54,699 bases of DNA from Kofleriaceae bacterium (GTDB lineage Bacteria; Myxococcota_A; Polyangia; Haliangiales; Haliangiaceae): NCBI GenBank assembly GCA_965215005.1, contig CBDCCZ010000024.1, forward strand, positions 1 through 54,699, in the 5' to 3' direction. Below are positions 35,230 through 51,074 of the stretch, piece by piece. The stretch's first letter is position 1; every line of letters starts with the position of its first letter. Under the pieces are notes generated by a model. It saw only the letters and a list, made by a program, of their open reading frames with translations, ran no database searches and was not told the DNA's origin. The translations under genes and the position numbers were made by a program.

Positions 35230-36243
35230 TTACGCCTCTTCGCCCAAGCGCAGCGTCGCCTCATGCGTGCGCTGGCGCCTCATGCGATCCGCGGCCAGCG
35301 CCTCGAGATCACGCTCGGCGTGGCACTGGCGGAGGTACAACGTGAGCTCGGCGTGGCGCTGCGCTACCGCGGGGTCGAAGGCGAGCAACGCGGGACCGGT
35401 GGCGCGGCCAAAGCGCACCAAAACGTCGGTGCAGAGTTGTTCGACGAGGTGCCGGACCGCGAGCGCTCGCTGCAGCGCGACACCCGCTTCGTCGCGCGGA
35501 TCCGCATCGACTTCATCGCCGGCCTGATCGAGCAGCGCGCGAAGCCCCCACGCCGCCGCAGCCAAGCCGCCGAGCTGCGCGCGCGAGTGCGCATCGTCTC
35601 GCCCCATGCGCCAGGCGGCGTCGACGAGTCCGGCCGCGCCACCGGCCCAGCACGCGGCGGGACCGAGCGCGCCGTGCCAGAATCCTGGCCGGTCGAGATA
35701 CCAGCGCGGCCCGCCCACCACCGCGCTGCTCGTCACTGGAATGCCGTCGAAACGCGCGTCGGCGGTCGCCGTCGCTGCAAACGCCGGCGTCGCCCAGCCC
35801 GAGTCATCGGTGGTGAACCGATCCTCGCTGAGCGCGACATCGACGAGCAGTAACTCATCGCCTCGAGAGGCGGTCACCAGGGCGGCATCCACCAGCGAGG
35901 CGCCGCTGCAGAAGCGCTTGCTACCGCAAAGCGTCATGGCCGGGCCCGTGCCTTCAAGGATCAACTGATGACCTCGGCCTTCGGAGGCCCAGACGCCGTA
36001 GAGGGCATCGGGACGGGGCGCGTGTCCCGCCTCCGCGAGAATTGCGAGCGCGTCGGTGTGCGCCTCGGCGAGGCGCGCAAGGGAGAGGTCCTGCCGTGCA
36101 ACGGCATAGAGCGCGCGGTGACGCGCGCTCGAGCTGCCAGCGCCGGGCGCTGGCAGCTCGAGCGCGCCGTCAGCTTGCAGCTGCCGAAGCCTTGCGAGCA
36201 GCCGGCGCTGCGCTTCGTGGCGCGGGGCGTTCTGCTTACTCAT
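35230..36243 (-). CDS. Acyl-CoA dehydrogenase-like protein
   Basis: DLSLARLAEAHTDALAILAE, GVWASE, GSKRFCSGA, YLDRPGFWHG and LYLRQCHAERDL. Confidence 0.8.
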   Translation of the reverse strand: MSKQNAPRHEAQRRLLARLRQLQADGALELPAPGAGSSSARHRALYAVARQDLSLARLAEAHTDALAILAEAGHAPRPDALYGVWASEGRGHQLILEGTGPAMTLCGSKRFCSGASLVDAALVTASRGDELLLVDVALSEDRFTTDDSGWATPAFAATATADARFDGIPVTSSAVVGGPRWYLDRPGFWHGALGPAACWAGGAAGLVDAAWRMGRDDAHSRAQLGGLAAAAWGLRALLDQAGDEVDADPRDEAGVALQRALAVRHLVEQLCTDVLVRFGRATGPALLAFDPAVAQRHAELTLYLRQCHAERDLEALAADRMRRQRTHEATLRLGEEA

Positions 36244-36982
36244 CGCACGCCTCGAAGGTCTCGCAGGTCTGGCGGAGCCGCGCCGCAAACCCCGCTGGTG
36301 CCCGTCCCACGGTGCGTCCGCTGGTCGTCACGACGCTGGCGGTTGACGCCGCGGTGCGCCAGCCGCCGCGTTGCAGTCGATCCCAAAGGCAATGATCTTC
36401 GGCTGTGTTCAAGCGTCGCCAGCCGCCGGCTCGCAGATAGACATCCGCGCGCACCCCGAGGTTGGCGCCGTGAACGTGGGGATGACTGCCGTCTGGCCGC
36501 AACTCGTACGTCGCTGCGAACGCCGCTGCGGCGTGCGGGCCGTTGTCGCAGAAGTCATCGACTCGAACGATGCCGGCAACCGCGGTCATTCCCGCAGCGG
36601 CAAACGACAGCTGCGTTTGCACCCAGTCGCTGGGCACGCAGGTGTCGGCGTCGGTGTTGAGTAGCCAGCACCGATCGAGCGGGTAGTCGGCGAGGTGCCC
36701 CAATCCTGCGGCAGCGCCGAGCCGGCGCGCGGCACCCACCGAGGTGGCGGTGACTGTGACGACCTCGCCGCCGCTGCCGAGCTGGGCGCGCGCGAGGTCT
36801 GCGGTGCGATCCGTACACGCGTCAGCGACCACGACCACCCAGCTACGCGCCACCGAGGGTGCCGCTGCCAGGGAGGCGGCAACCGTCTGGAGGCAATCGG
36901 CGATAAGCGCTTCTTCGTTGTGTGCTGGCACGACGACGCACACGGCCCAACCTCTGGCTTGCTCGATGGTTGCAGCGTTCAT
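36236..36982 (-). CDS. Glycosyltransferase family 2
   Basis: VVVPAHNEE, VADACTDRT, NTDAD, HVHGANLG, AEDH and TSGR; ATGA overlap with the upstream gene. Confidence 0.88.
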   Translation of the reverse strand: MNAATIEQARGWAVCVVVPAHNEEALIADCLQTVAASLAAAPSVARSWVVVVADACTDRTADLARAQLGSGGEVVTVTATSVGAARRLGAAAGLGHLADYPLDRCWLLNTDADTCVPSDWVQTQLSFAAAGMTAVAGIVRVDDFCDNGPHAAAAFAATYELRPDGSHPHVHGANLGVRADVYLRAGGWRRLNTAEDHCLWDRLQRGGWRTAASTASVVTTSGRTVGRAPAGFAARLRQTCETFEACDE

Positions 36983-37560
36983 GATGCGTGCTCTTGGGCC
37001 TGCCAACGCTCGAGGCGAAAGCCGTCATAGCGGGCTTGCAGGGTTGGCGTTAGCGACAACGAGTCGGCCAGCACTCGATGGACTTCATCGCCGTGCAGCT
37101 GATGGTCGCTGCTGTGGCCTAGCCAGTGGACCGCGATGAGCTCGCCGCCGGGCGCGAGATGGCGGGCGAGCTGGTGCGCGATGACCGCGAGCTGCGGGGC
37201 CGCAAAGTAATAGCCGAGCTCGCTCAGCACGATGAGGTCGAAGTGGCCGTGCAGCGTTGCAGCAGCTAGATCTTGCTGCTGCAAGCTGACGTGTGAGAAG
37301 CGTTGGCAACGGATTGCCGCCTGAGCCAGCGCAGTGGCCGACACTTCGGTCGCTTCGAGCTGAAAGCAGCGCTTGGCGAGCGCTTCGGTCAAGATTCCGA
37401 TCGAGCATCCCGGCTCGAAGCCGCGGCGATAGTGCGGGCGGCTCAGCGCATCGAGGGTGACTCGATAGCGCTCGAGCTCATAGCTCGAGGTCGCAAAGCG
37501 CCAGGGATCGGCATCGTCGCGGTAGCGGGCCTCGAAGGCCTGCGGACTCCACGGCTTCAC
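36979..37560 (-). CDS. NodS-like SAM-dependent methyltransferase
   Basis: DPWRFATSSYE, EPGCSIG, FDLIVLSELGYY and GDEVH. Confidence 0.88.
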   Translation of the reverse strand: MKPWSPQAFEARYRDDADPWRFATSSYELERYRVTLDALSRPHYRRGFEPGCSIGILTEALAKRCFQLEATEVSATALAQAAIRCQRFSHVSLQQQDLAAATLHGHFDLIVLSELGYYFAAPQLAVIAHQLARHLAPGGELIAVHWLGHSSDHQLHGDEVHRVLADSLSLTPTLQARYDGFRLERWQAQEHAS

Positions 37561-38291
37561 GACGGTAGCCTCCGCGCAAAGGTCTCGTAGGGACGATCGA
37601 AGTAGGTCAGCACGTGAGGCGGCACCACGGGGCGGTCGCTAGGCGGCGCGAGCTGCGAGCGGAAGCACTGCAGCGCGGCACGTTTGCGCGTTCGAACTGC
37701 TGCAGGAAGCGCGACTCGCACCAGCCGCTGCACGTCGAGCTCGTGCGGCTGCCGGTGGTGCCACGCCCAGATCGGATACGCACCCAAGGTGAGGTTGTGA
37801 TTGGCGGCGACGCGAGCGCAGGCGCGCCCGGTGGCGTCGTGATCGGGATGGCCGTCGCCAATTTGCGGCGCCAGGAGCGTGGCGCCGGGCGGTATGTGCG
37901 CGGCGATGGCGTCGGCGAGCGTGGCTTCATGGGCGCGTACGCGGCCATCGGGGACGCCGAGGCGATGAATCTCAGCAGTGACTCCTAGCGTTGCCAGCGC
38001 GTGCTCGAGCTCCGCACGCCGCACCGCCGCCAGCTCGGCAATCGCCACCGGCGCCTTCTCGCCATCGGTCACGGAAATAATGATCACCGGCTGCCCGTCG
38101 GCGGCCGCCAGCGCAATCGAGCCGCCAGCGCCGAGAATCTCGTCATCGGGATGCGGCGCGACCACCACCAGGGGCGCCGCGGGAAGCTGCCACCAAGGAG
38201 TTTCTCGCAACGCCAGCCGCCAGCGTCGCTCTGCGGTGCCCTCACGCCACGGCTCGAAACGCCGTGCGGGCTTCGGTACTTCTTCGAACAT
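37557..38291 (-). CDS. PIG-L/LmbE family deacetylase
   Basis: VVAPHPDDE, VTDGE, RRAE, DGHPDH and KRAALQCFRSQ. Confidence 0.9.
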   Translation of the reverse strand: MFEEVPKPARRFEPWREGTAERRWRLALRETPWWQLPAAPLVVVAPHPDDEILGAGGSIALAAADGQPVIIISVTDGEKAPVAIAELAAVRRAELEHALATLGVTAEIHRLGVPDGRVRAHEATLADAIAAHIPPGATLLAPQIGDGHPDHDATGRACARVAANHNLTLGAYPIWAWHHRQPHELDVQRLVRVALPAAVRTRKRAALQCFRSQLAPPSDRPVVPPHVLTYFDRPYETFARRLPS

Positions 38292-38449
38292 CGGCTGCGT
38301 CTTAGCAAGAACAGTGCAAAACCCGCGGCCGCGATGCACGCCACCGGCGGTCGCAAAGGGTGCGCTCCATCGGAGCCGGCGCGGCGTTTGCTGGGGCTTG
38401 CCGCCACAGGCGAGGCAGCGGCGTCGATGCGCGGGGGGCATCGACGGTC

Positions 38450-39850
38450 TCAGTTCTCGCCAAGCGCAGCGTTGCGGCTCTGCAGCTCGATCGCTTCGGC
38501 ATCGCCAACCGCGAGCGCTTCACCGAGCAGCCAGCGAAACATCGCGCCGCCGAGCTCGTGCTGCTTCCGCTCGTTCCACAGCCACACGGCGAGGTCGCAA
38601 ACAACGGGGTGGAGCTGGGGAAACGCGAGGCGACGAAGCGGGAGACCACCGAGGGCGCTCGCGGTTTCGTGCAGCTCGCGGAGGGCGAGCCACTCGCGCC
38701 ACTCGACGAGCGGCGGCAAGGCGCGGCGCTCGGTGCAGCGAACGGCCAGGGCGTCGCAAGCGAGCTCGAGCTCGCCCAACAGCTGCTCCCGCAGAGTGCG
38801 CGCAGCGTCGGCCAGGATGCCTTGCCCGCCCTCGGCAAGCGGCAGACGCGCTTGCCGGGCTAGGAGCGCGATATCACTGGCGATTGCCGCGGCCAGACGC
38901 GCCAGCGTGCGATCGGCGCGCGCAACGCCCAACACCGCGGCGCGCTCGAGGATGCAGGTTTGGACGGCGGGGTCGCCCAGGGTGCGCTGCCACGCAGTCG
39001 CGAGCTGTTCGAGCTCGGCGGCGGCGATGGCCGGTGCGCGCGCGAGCACCGCATGAAGGATGCCAAGGGGCGCTTGCGAGGCCGCGCGAGCGGGGGCGGG
39101 CGGCGTGGGCGGCGGTGCGGCGCGGGCGCGCGCGAGCATCGGCCAGGTATGGCGGCGCCGCGGCGCCCAAAGCCAACGCCAAACAAGCGCGCCTTCCGAG
39201 ATACGCGTGCCGGTGATGCGCTGCGCGCACGCGAGTAGCAGTCGGCCGCCGCGGCCGCAATGGGCGCTGCCTTCGCCAATCGCGCGAACCTGCGGCCAGT
39301 CGCCGCGAGCGGCCGCTTCGGCCAGCCGCCACTCGCAGGCAATGGCCAGAGCGCGACTCGGCGCGTGCTTGGGCGGCAACAACACGACGCTGTCCATGAG
39401 GCGTCGGGCCTGGTCGTGATCAGCGCGCGCGGCGGCCACCAGTGCCGCCGCCGCGACCTCGGCCGCGCCGATCCAACCGGCGTCGGTGAGGCGCCTCTCG
39501 ATCCAGCGAAACGCGGCCAACGGGCGGTCTGCTGGCGGACGCCGCACCAGCGCCCACGCCGCTGCCACCGCTGCCGAACCTCGACGGCGGTCGATGCCGT
39601 AGCCGTGCGACCACCAACCAAGCCAGAAAGCCGGCTTCACGAGCCCAAGCGGTACCGCCACCAGCCGCGCCGTCGTCCAAGGAAACAGCAGTGGGATGAG
39701 AGCGAAGAGCAGCGGCGCGAGCAGCCAATGCCCCATGCTGATGCCAACGGTGAGCGCCAGCGCTTGGATGATGACCCAGACGCGGGCGGAGAGCATGAGC
39801 AAGGCGAGCCCAAGGCGTCGGCGACCGGTGCGGCCGACGTTAGTCCTCAT
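38450..39850 (-). CDS. Hypothetical membrane protein (N-terminal TM helices, helical Trp/Arg-rich C-domain)
   Basis: Start overlaps the J-like gene; 2-3 hydrophobic helices followed by helical repeats. Confidence 0.65.
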   Translation of the reverse strand: MRTNVGRTGRRRLGLALLMLSARVWVIIQALALTVGISMGHWLLAPLLFALIPLLFPWTTARLVAVPLGLVKPAFWLGWWSHGYGIDRRRGSAAVAAAWALVRRPPADRPLAAFRWIERRLTDAGWIGAAEVAAAALVAAARADHDQARRLMDSVVLLPPKHAPSRALAIACEWRLAEAAARGDWPQVRAIGEGSAHCGRGGRLLLACAQRITGTRISEGALVWRWLWAPRRRHTWPMLARARAAPPPTPPAPARAASQAPLGILHAVLARAPAIAAAELEQLATAWQRTLGDPAVQTCILERAAVLGVARADRTLARLAAAIASDIALLARQARLPLAEGGQGILADAARTLREQLLGELELACDALAVRCTERRALPPLVEWREWLALRELHETASALGGLPLRRLAFPQLHPVVCDLAVWLWNERKQHELGGAMFRWLLGEALAVGDAEAIELQSRNAALGEN

Positions 39851-40247
39851 GCATCCATCCCAGCGCGACCAAGGCGTTTGGCCACGGCGTCGCGACCACG
39901 GGCGCCGTGCCGGCAGGCGCAGAGGTGGCGGGCTCGGACGCGGCCTCGGAGTCGGCGCCGTCGTGCTCGCTGCTCGCTGGCTTGGTGGGCAAGGCAACCC
40001 ACAGCTCGTGCTCGAGACGCCGCCGCGGATCGCGCAGCTCGGCCAGTGCGTGGCGAACGTGCTCGGCGGATCGCGGTTGCGACCCTAGCGGCGTGGCGTA
40101 GGTGGCGGCAGAGCGGACCTGCAGCGCGAGCAGACCGAGCAGCGTCTGTCCAGCGCGTTCGATCTCGGCTGCCGAGGCAGTGGGGGCAACGCTGAGCACA
40201 TAGAAGGGGTTCTCGACGATGCGCGCGCGCGGGTCAAATCCGCTCAT
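39840..40247 (-). CDS. J-domain-like protein lacking the HPD motif
   Basis: ENPFYVLSVAPTASAAEIERA and ALAELRDPRRRLEHE mirror J-domain helices I/II and III/IV; no HPD; adjacent to Hsp70. Confidence 0.65.
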   Translation of the reverse strand: MSGFDPRARIVENPFYVLSVAPTASAAEIERAGQTLLGLLALQVRSAATYATPLGSQPRSAEHVRHALAELRDPRRRLEHELWVALPTKPASSEHDGADSEAASEPATSAPAGTAPVVATPWPNALVALGWMHED

Positions 40248-40310
40248 CGCAGCGAGTATGGCTCAGCGTGGCCTGGCAACGAAGCCCTCCGGATCGCAGG
40301 GCGGTTGCCG

Positions 40311-42773
<2,463 letters not shown>

Positions 42774-42832
42774 GCGCTGTCGACGCTACCGGCTGCCCGG
42801 CAGACCCGCAAGCTGTGAGGGGCGCGCGGGGG

Positions 42833-42895
42833 GCCCGCGGGTTGCCGAGACATTCCGCGGGAAGCCCGCGGGATGCTGGAGACAGCCCGCGGGAA
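42833..42895. repeat. Two ~31-bp direct repeats, each containing palindromic CCGCGG cores
   Basis: gcccgcgggttgccgagacattccgcgggaa / gcccgcgggatgctggagacagcccgcgggaa directly after the ectB stop. Confidence 0.5.
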
Positions 42896-42899
42896 TTTC

Positions 42900-44249
<1,350 letters not shown>

Positions 44250-44271
44250 TCACGACTCGCGTGGCGGCGAT

Positions 44272-45480
44272 TTAGGCGGCGAGTGGTCGTGGGGTCTCGA
44301 TGAAGGCGCGGTGAATCGCGCGCACGCCGTCGTTGACTTGGGGCAGCGGAACCAGGCAGGTGAGGGCTTCGCGACGGGTGTAGCTGGCGAGAAGCGGAAC
44401 GCGAGCATCGCGCAGCGCCGCTTCGGCGGCGTCTCGAGCGGCTGGATCGTCACCGAGTCCAAGGCCCACGGCGGCGACCGAGGCAACGGTTTCCGAGACC
44501 CTCACCGACGGCGCATACGTTTCGCCGAGGGTGCGCGCGAAGGTGGCTTTGCACGGCACGTTGGTCGTGGAAAGCAACAGGTCGAGGCAGTCGCTGGAGC
44601 TGCCGGTGGCGACGACGTCGTAGCCGGTGAGGGCGCTCAAGAGCGCTTGCGGGGCTGGGCCGCCATCGGCATGGACCCGCACGACATCCGCGCTTCCGGT
44701 TACGCCGGCGACGCGGAAGCCGCTGGCGTGGGCGCCCTCGAACCCGCGCACCACCGTATGCGCGTCACCGCCAAAGGTCGAACGCGCATAGATATGGATG
44801 CCTTTGCGGCGGGCGAATTCGACGGCCTCGGCATTGAGGACGCGGGCGCCGTGCCGGGCGAGCCACTGCATCTCCTCGTAGCCGAGCGACTCGAGTCGCC
44901 GGGCGCTGTCGACCACGCGGGGATCGGCGCTGTAGACGCCGTCGACGTCGCTGTAGATGTCGCAGTGACGCGCGTTGAGCGCCGCGGCAAGGGCGACGGC
45001 CGTGGTATCGGAGCCGCCGCGGCCAAGGGTGGTGGTCTCGAGCTGGTCGTTGACGCCCTGAAATCCCGCGACCACCACGACCCGCCCGTGGCAGAGCTCC
45101 TCGAGGATGCGCTGCGGGCGGATCTCCTGGATGGTGGCGTCGCCGTGGACGTCGTCGGTGACGATGGCGCTTTGACCGCCCGAGAGGGAAACCGCCTCGT
45201 AGCCGAGCTGTTGGATGGCCATGCAGAGGACCGCCGAGCTGATGCGCTCGCCGGCCGACAGCAGCATGTCGAGCTCGCGAAGCGGCGGCGTGGCGGTCAC
45301 CGAGCGCGCCAGCTGGAGGAGCTCGTCGGTGGTCTTGCCCATGGCCGAGACGACCACCACAACGCTGAAGCCGGCCTTACGGGTCGCTACAACCTTTTCG
45401 GCGACGGCGCGGACCTTATCGACGGTGGCGACGGACGAGCCGCCATACTTCTGAACGACGATGGATTCGCTTTCACGCAT
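44272..45480 (-). CDS. ask: Aspartate kinase
   Basis: [47 protein letters not shown] and [12 protein letters not shown]. Confidence 0.93.
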   Translation of the reverse strand: MRESESIVVQKYGGSSVATVDKVRAVAEKVVATRKAGFSVVVVVSAMGKTTDELLQLARSVTATPPLRELDMLLSAGERISSAVLCMAIQQLGYEAVSLSGGQSAIVTDDVHGDATIQEIRPQRILEELCHGRVVVVAGFQGVNDQLETTTLGRGGSDTTAVALAAALNARHCDIYSDVDGVYSADPRVVDSARRLESLGYEEMQWLARHGARVLNAEAVEFARRKGIHIYARSTFGGDAHTVVRGFEGAHASGFRVAGVTGSADVVRVHADGGPAPQALLSALTGYDVVATGSSSDCLDLLLSTTNVPCKATFARTLGETYAPSVRVSETVASVAAVGLGLGDDPAARDAAEAALRDARVPLLASYTRREALTCLVPLPQVNDGVRAIHRAFIETPRPLAA

Positions 45481-45799
45481 GCAGATTCCTCAGGGGAAGT
45501 TTCACGGTCAGGCAATGTTGCCAGGAGGTAACCAGTATCCGTGGGAACCATTATTCGTCAAACAGTTAGTGGTCGCGGGTTTGTGAAATGTTCGTGAACT
45601 AACCTCTTCGGAGCCCCGACTATCGTGTGATTACCGGTAGTTGCGCGGCACGCTGGGCCAAATAGTTTGTGTAAGGAATATTTGGGCTCAAGCTATTGCT
45701 GCCGGCGTTCGACGTGCGCTAGGTGGGTGAAGCCACGCCAGGGCGACAGAGCCTGATTCATTGGCTACGTTTCACTGCCAACCCAGGCGGTACCGGAAC

Positions 45800-46294
45800 A
45801 TGCGGGAAGAAGAGGGCGCTGACGTCGCCTATGACATGCTGCGAGCCCTACGCCGGATTCTCCGGCGGGTGGCGTTGCACTCGAAGTTCTTGCGCCGCGA
45901 GGCGGGATTGACCCTGCCGCAGATCCTGTGCCTGATGGCGATCTCGCAGAAAGGCGAGGCCACCTCGGCGGAGATCAGCCGTGCGGTGCAGCTCAGCGCT
46001 CCCACCGTGACCGGCATCATCGACCGGCTCGAGCGCGATGGGTTGGTGCGTCGCGAACGCGGCACCAGCGATCGGCGCAAGGTCTATCTCTCCCTCAGTG
46101 AGGAGGGGAAAAAACGCGCTGCGAGCCTGCCGACGCCGTTGCAAGAGCAGTTCGTCACCCGCGTGATGCTTCTCGAGGCTGAAGAACGGCAGCTGCTGTT
46201 ACGGTCTCTTGAGCGAATCGTCGAGCTGATGGAAGCCGAGAAGATCGATGCGGCGCCGACGCTCGTCTCGGAGGCCGACATCGACCATCGCTGA
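45800..46294 (+). CDS. MarR-family regulator (EctR/CosR-like), divergent from ask-ectB
   Basis: LRRILR...GLTLPQ...LSAPTVTGIIDRLE...DRRKV...PTPLQEQF...LERIVELM..E.IDAAP. Confidence 0.85.
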   Translation: MREEEGADVAYDMLRALRRILRRVALHSKFLRREAGLTLPQILCLMAISQKGEATSAEISRAVQLSAPTVTGIIDRLERDGLVRRERGTSDRRKVYLSLSEEGKKRAASLPTPLQEQFVTRVMLLEAEERQLLLRSLERIVELMEAEKIDAAPTLVSEADIDHR

Positions 46295-46503
46295 GGCACC
46301 GACGGCCGACGCGGTCAGGCGCTGCGCCACTGGCGACTCATTGTCAGCGCGGACGAGCGCGGGACCCCGCGCCGCCACGTCCGCCTGTTCGCCAGCCCTG
46401 CGCGGCGCTCACCTCGACCTCTCGCGAAAGCGCAGCACGGTGTCGACCGCAGGGCCGGCGGCATACCCACCGCCGGCGCCATGATGTCGCTCGGACGGAG
46501 CAG

Positions 46504-46722
46504 TTACCGCTGGCGATAGACGATAAATCCGCGGCTGGGATCGTAGGGCGAGACCGCGACGGTGACGCGATCGCCGAGGACGACGCGAATGCGATGGCGG
46601 CGAACTTTGCCGGCGAGCTTGGCGAGCACTTCGTGGCCGCTATCGGTGCGGACGCGAAAATTACCGCCCTTGGCGATAAGCACCACCTCGCCCTCGAGAT
46701 GAACCAGTTCTTCCTTACTCAC
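46504..46722 (-). CDS. infA: Translation initiation factor IF-1
   Basis: 72 aa from GTG: SKEELVHLEGEV...FRV...GHEVLAKLAGKVRRHRIRVVLGDRVTV.VSPYDPSRGFIVYR. Confidence 0.92.
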   Translation of the reverse strand: MSKEELVHLEGEVVLIAKGGNFRVRTDSGHEVLAKLAGKVRRHRIRVVLGDRVTVAVSPYDPSRGFIVYRQR

Positions 46723-46920
46723 GTGGACCTTTTTCTGCCGGTGATCGCGGTAATGACCAAGTGGGCCGGCCGCGAGAGGGCCGATACATAGCACGAAACC
46801 CGGACATGAGTATCCGCGCGACCGCGGCTGCGCAAGCCCGCGCGAACGTGATCTGCTCTCGAGGTGCGCTGCGCGTCGAGCCGCCAGCGAGCCACCCCGC
46901 TTTCGGGTAGGCTCGCGGCG

Positions 46921-48654
<1,734 letters not shown>

Positions 48655-48852
48655 CGACCGCGTTTGCGATTCGCGGACGACGCGGTCGCGCGGTTGGTTT
48701 GCGCTGCGAAGCGAACGGAGGTTCGTCTAACAGCGCCTGAAACGGGTCATGTGCCGGTTCTGCGGCGTTCTTCGGCGCGAGATCAGGCACCGGCCCGTGA
48801 TTGGCCGAGGCGTGGCTTGCGCACGCTTGCCTACCTTGCGAGGCTCGCGCGG

Positions 48853-49359
48853 ATGGCGACCTCGGATGAATCTATCGAGCTCCTCCGCATCAAGGTGGAG
48901 GGCTACCTCAACATCGTCCGGATCCATCGCGAGCTCGATGCCCGCGCCGATGATCTCCTCGCCGAGGCCGGTGTTCGCGGCATCACCTTGGCGCAGGCGA
49001 CGGCGCTCCTGGTCCTGGTGCAAGAACGGCAACCGATTACCGCAGCCCGTTTGGCGGCACTGCTAAACGTTTCGCCAGTCACCGTCGGCCGATTCGTGCG
49101 CAGTCTCGAGGACAACAAATGGCTTCGTCGCAAGCCAGATCCTCTCGATGGGCGGGCGATGCTGCTCGAGGTCACCAAGAAGACGCATCGCAACTTGACG
49201 CGCTTCTTCGAGGTCACCGATCGCCTCATGGAAGACGCCTACGCCGGATTCACTCCAACCGATGTGAGAGACGCGGTGGCGTTGCTCGCGCGTTGCCGGC
49301 AGAACCTCTACCGCATTTCCGGAAAACATGAGGCCGAGGGGCAAGTGCAGCTTCTCTGA
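48853..49359 (+). CDS. MarR-family transcriptional regulator
   Basis: ITLAQ...TAARLAALLNVSPVTVGRFVRSLE...PDPLDGRA winged HTH. Confidence 0.85.
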   Translation: MATSDESIELLRIKVEGYLNIVRIHRELDARADDLLAEAGVRGITLAQATALLVLVQERQPITAARLAALLNVSPVTVGRFVRSLEDNKWLRRKPDPLDGRAMLLEVTKKTHRNLTRFFEVTDRLMEDAYAGFTPTDVRDAVALLARCRQNLYRISGKHEAEGQVQLL

Positions 49360-49434
49360 GCCCTCGGGACTGCGAGCGCTGGGCCGTGGCCGCCGCGCGC
49401 CAACAGCGCCGCAGGCTCTGCGATACTCGCCGCG

Positions 49435-50718
49435 ATGGATTCCGTCCAATACCTAGTGATCGGCGCCGGCGTGAGCGGTTTGTCGTTCGCAAACTGGCTG
49501 CGACACGAGGCCACACGTCGCAATCGCGAGATGCCCGAGCTGCTGGTCCTCGAGGCCGACGATGAGGTCGGCGGCTACTGCAAAACGGTGCACCAGGACG
49601 GCTTCACGTGGGACTACTCCGGGCACTTCTTTCACTTCTCGCGCCCCCAGCTCGAGGCGTGGCTGCGAGCGCGCATGCCGGGCCAAGAGGTGCGCACCGT
49701 CGAGAAAACCAGCCTGATCCGCTTTGGCGGCCGCGATATCGATTTCCCGTTTCAAAAGAACATCCATCAGCTCCCTCGCGCCGACTTCATCGACTGCCTC
49801 GTCGACCTGTATTTTCGCGACGCAGAGCGGCCGGTGACCTCCTTTGCCGACATGCTGCAGGCGCGCTTTGGCAATGGCATCGCTGAGAAGTTTCTCATTC
49901 CATACAACGAGAAGCTCTATGCCTGCGCTCTCACCGAGCTCGACCCCGACGCGATGGGACGCTTCTTTCCACATGCGGATGTCGCCGACATCATCGGCAA
50001 CATGCGCAAGCCCGACAATCGCAGCTACAACTCCACCTTTAGCTATCCGCTCGGCGGCGCCATCGAATACATCCGCGCGCTGCTGCACGACTTGCCCGCA
50101 TCGCTGGTGCAGTGCGGGGAGCGGTTGATCGAGGTCGATTTGCGCGCGCGGGTGGCGCACACCACGACTCGTTCGCTGCGCTATGAGCGCTTGGTGAGCT
50201 CGGCGCCGCTGCCGTTTCTGCTCCGCGCGTGCCGCATCGAGCACGAGCCGCGCGCGTTTAGCTGGAACCAGGTGCTGGTGTTCAATCTCGGCTTCGATCG
50301 CAAGGGCCGCGACGACGTCCACTGGATGTACTTCCCCGAGCGCGAGCTGTGCTTCTACCGAGTTGGTTGGTACGACAACATCCTCGGCTCTGACCGTATG
50401 AGCCTCTATGTCGAGCTCGGCGCCCGCGCTGGTGAATCGCTCGATGTCGAAGCGAGCCGCGCGCAGGTCTTAGCCGATCTAACCGCCGCCGGCATCGTGA
50501 CCGATCAGCGGTTGGTGAGCGCGCACAGCGTCGCGCTCGACCCTGCCTACGTCCACATTACGCGCGCCGCCCTCGCCGAGCAGCGCCGCACGCGCCCGAT
50601 CCTCGAGGCCGCGGGCGTGTACTCAGTCGGCCGCTATGGCGGCTGGACCTACTGCTCAATCGAGGACAACATGATCGAGACCCAGGCGCTGGCGGCCGTA
50701 TTTGGGCACCTTCTCTAA
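49435..50718 (+). CDS. FAD-dependent oxidoreductase (protoporphyrinogen oxidase/UDP-galactopyranose mutase-like)
   Basis: IGAGVSGL Rossmann motif, [27 protein letters not shown] and GRYGGWTY. Confidence 0.85.
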   Translation: MDSVQYLVIGAGVSGLSFANWLRHEATRRNREMPELLVLEADDEVGGYCKTVHQDGFTWDYSGHFFHFSRPQLEAWLRARMPGQEVRTVEKTSLIRFGGRDIDFPFQKNIHQLPRADFIDCLVDLYFRDAERPVTSFADMLQARFGNGIAEKFLIPYNEKLYACALTELDPDAMGRFFPHADVADIIGNMRKPDNRSYNSTFSYPLGGAIEYIRALLHDLPASLVQCGERLIEVDLRARVAHTTTRSLRYERLVSSAPLPFLLRACRIEHEPRAFSWNQVLVFNLGFDRKGRDDVHWMYFPERELCFYRVGWYDNILGSDRMSLYVELGARAGESLDVEASRAQVLADLTAAGIVTDQRLVSAHSVALDPAYVHITRAALAEQRRTRPILEAAGVYSVGRYGGWTYCSIEDNMIETQALAAVFGHLL

Positions 50719-50925
50719 AACCGTTCTTCGAGGCTCAGCCACGCTGCTGACGAAGCCTACCGCCTGGGAGCGTCCTTCAGCTCGGTTCCCACTCGCAGCT
50801 TGTCCAGATAGCTCTGATACCCCCACGAGCCTCACCGCCGACGGTCGTTCGCTCGTAGGTACCTGTTTTCCTGAAACTCATGCCGGGCGTGAAGAGCTGG
50901 GCGCGGAGCCGTTTCGAGAATACTC

Positions 50926-51010
50926 GCTAGTAACGAGGTCTTTACCAGCGGCAGCGGCTAGTAACGAAGTCTTTACTAGCGGCGGCGGCTAGTAACGAAG
51001 TCTTTACTAG
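50926..51010. repeat. Three tandem 31-bp palindromic repeats
   Basis: Units start at 50926, 50957 and 50988; core GCTAGTAA-cga(a/g)gtct-TTAC(T/C)AG; located between convergent genes. Confidence 0.85.
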
Positions 51011-51074
51011 GCTGCGTTTGACAGTCAAGGCCTCGCTGCTAGCTCTCGCTCCGCGTGACCGCGGCAGCAGCTGC

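Noticed and set aside
50926..51010. Possible mini CRISPR array
   Set aside because: Only 7-8 nt near-identical linkers separate the units, there are no unique spacers, and no cas genes are present.
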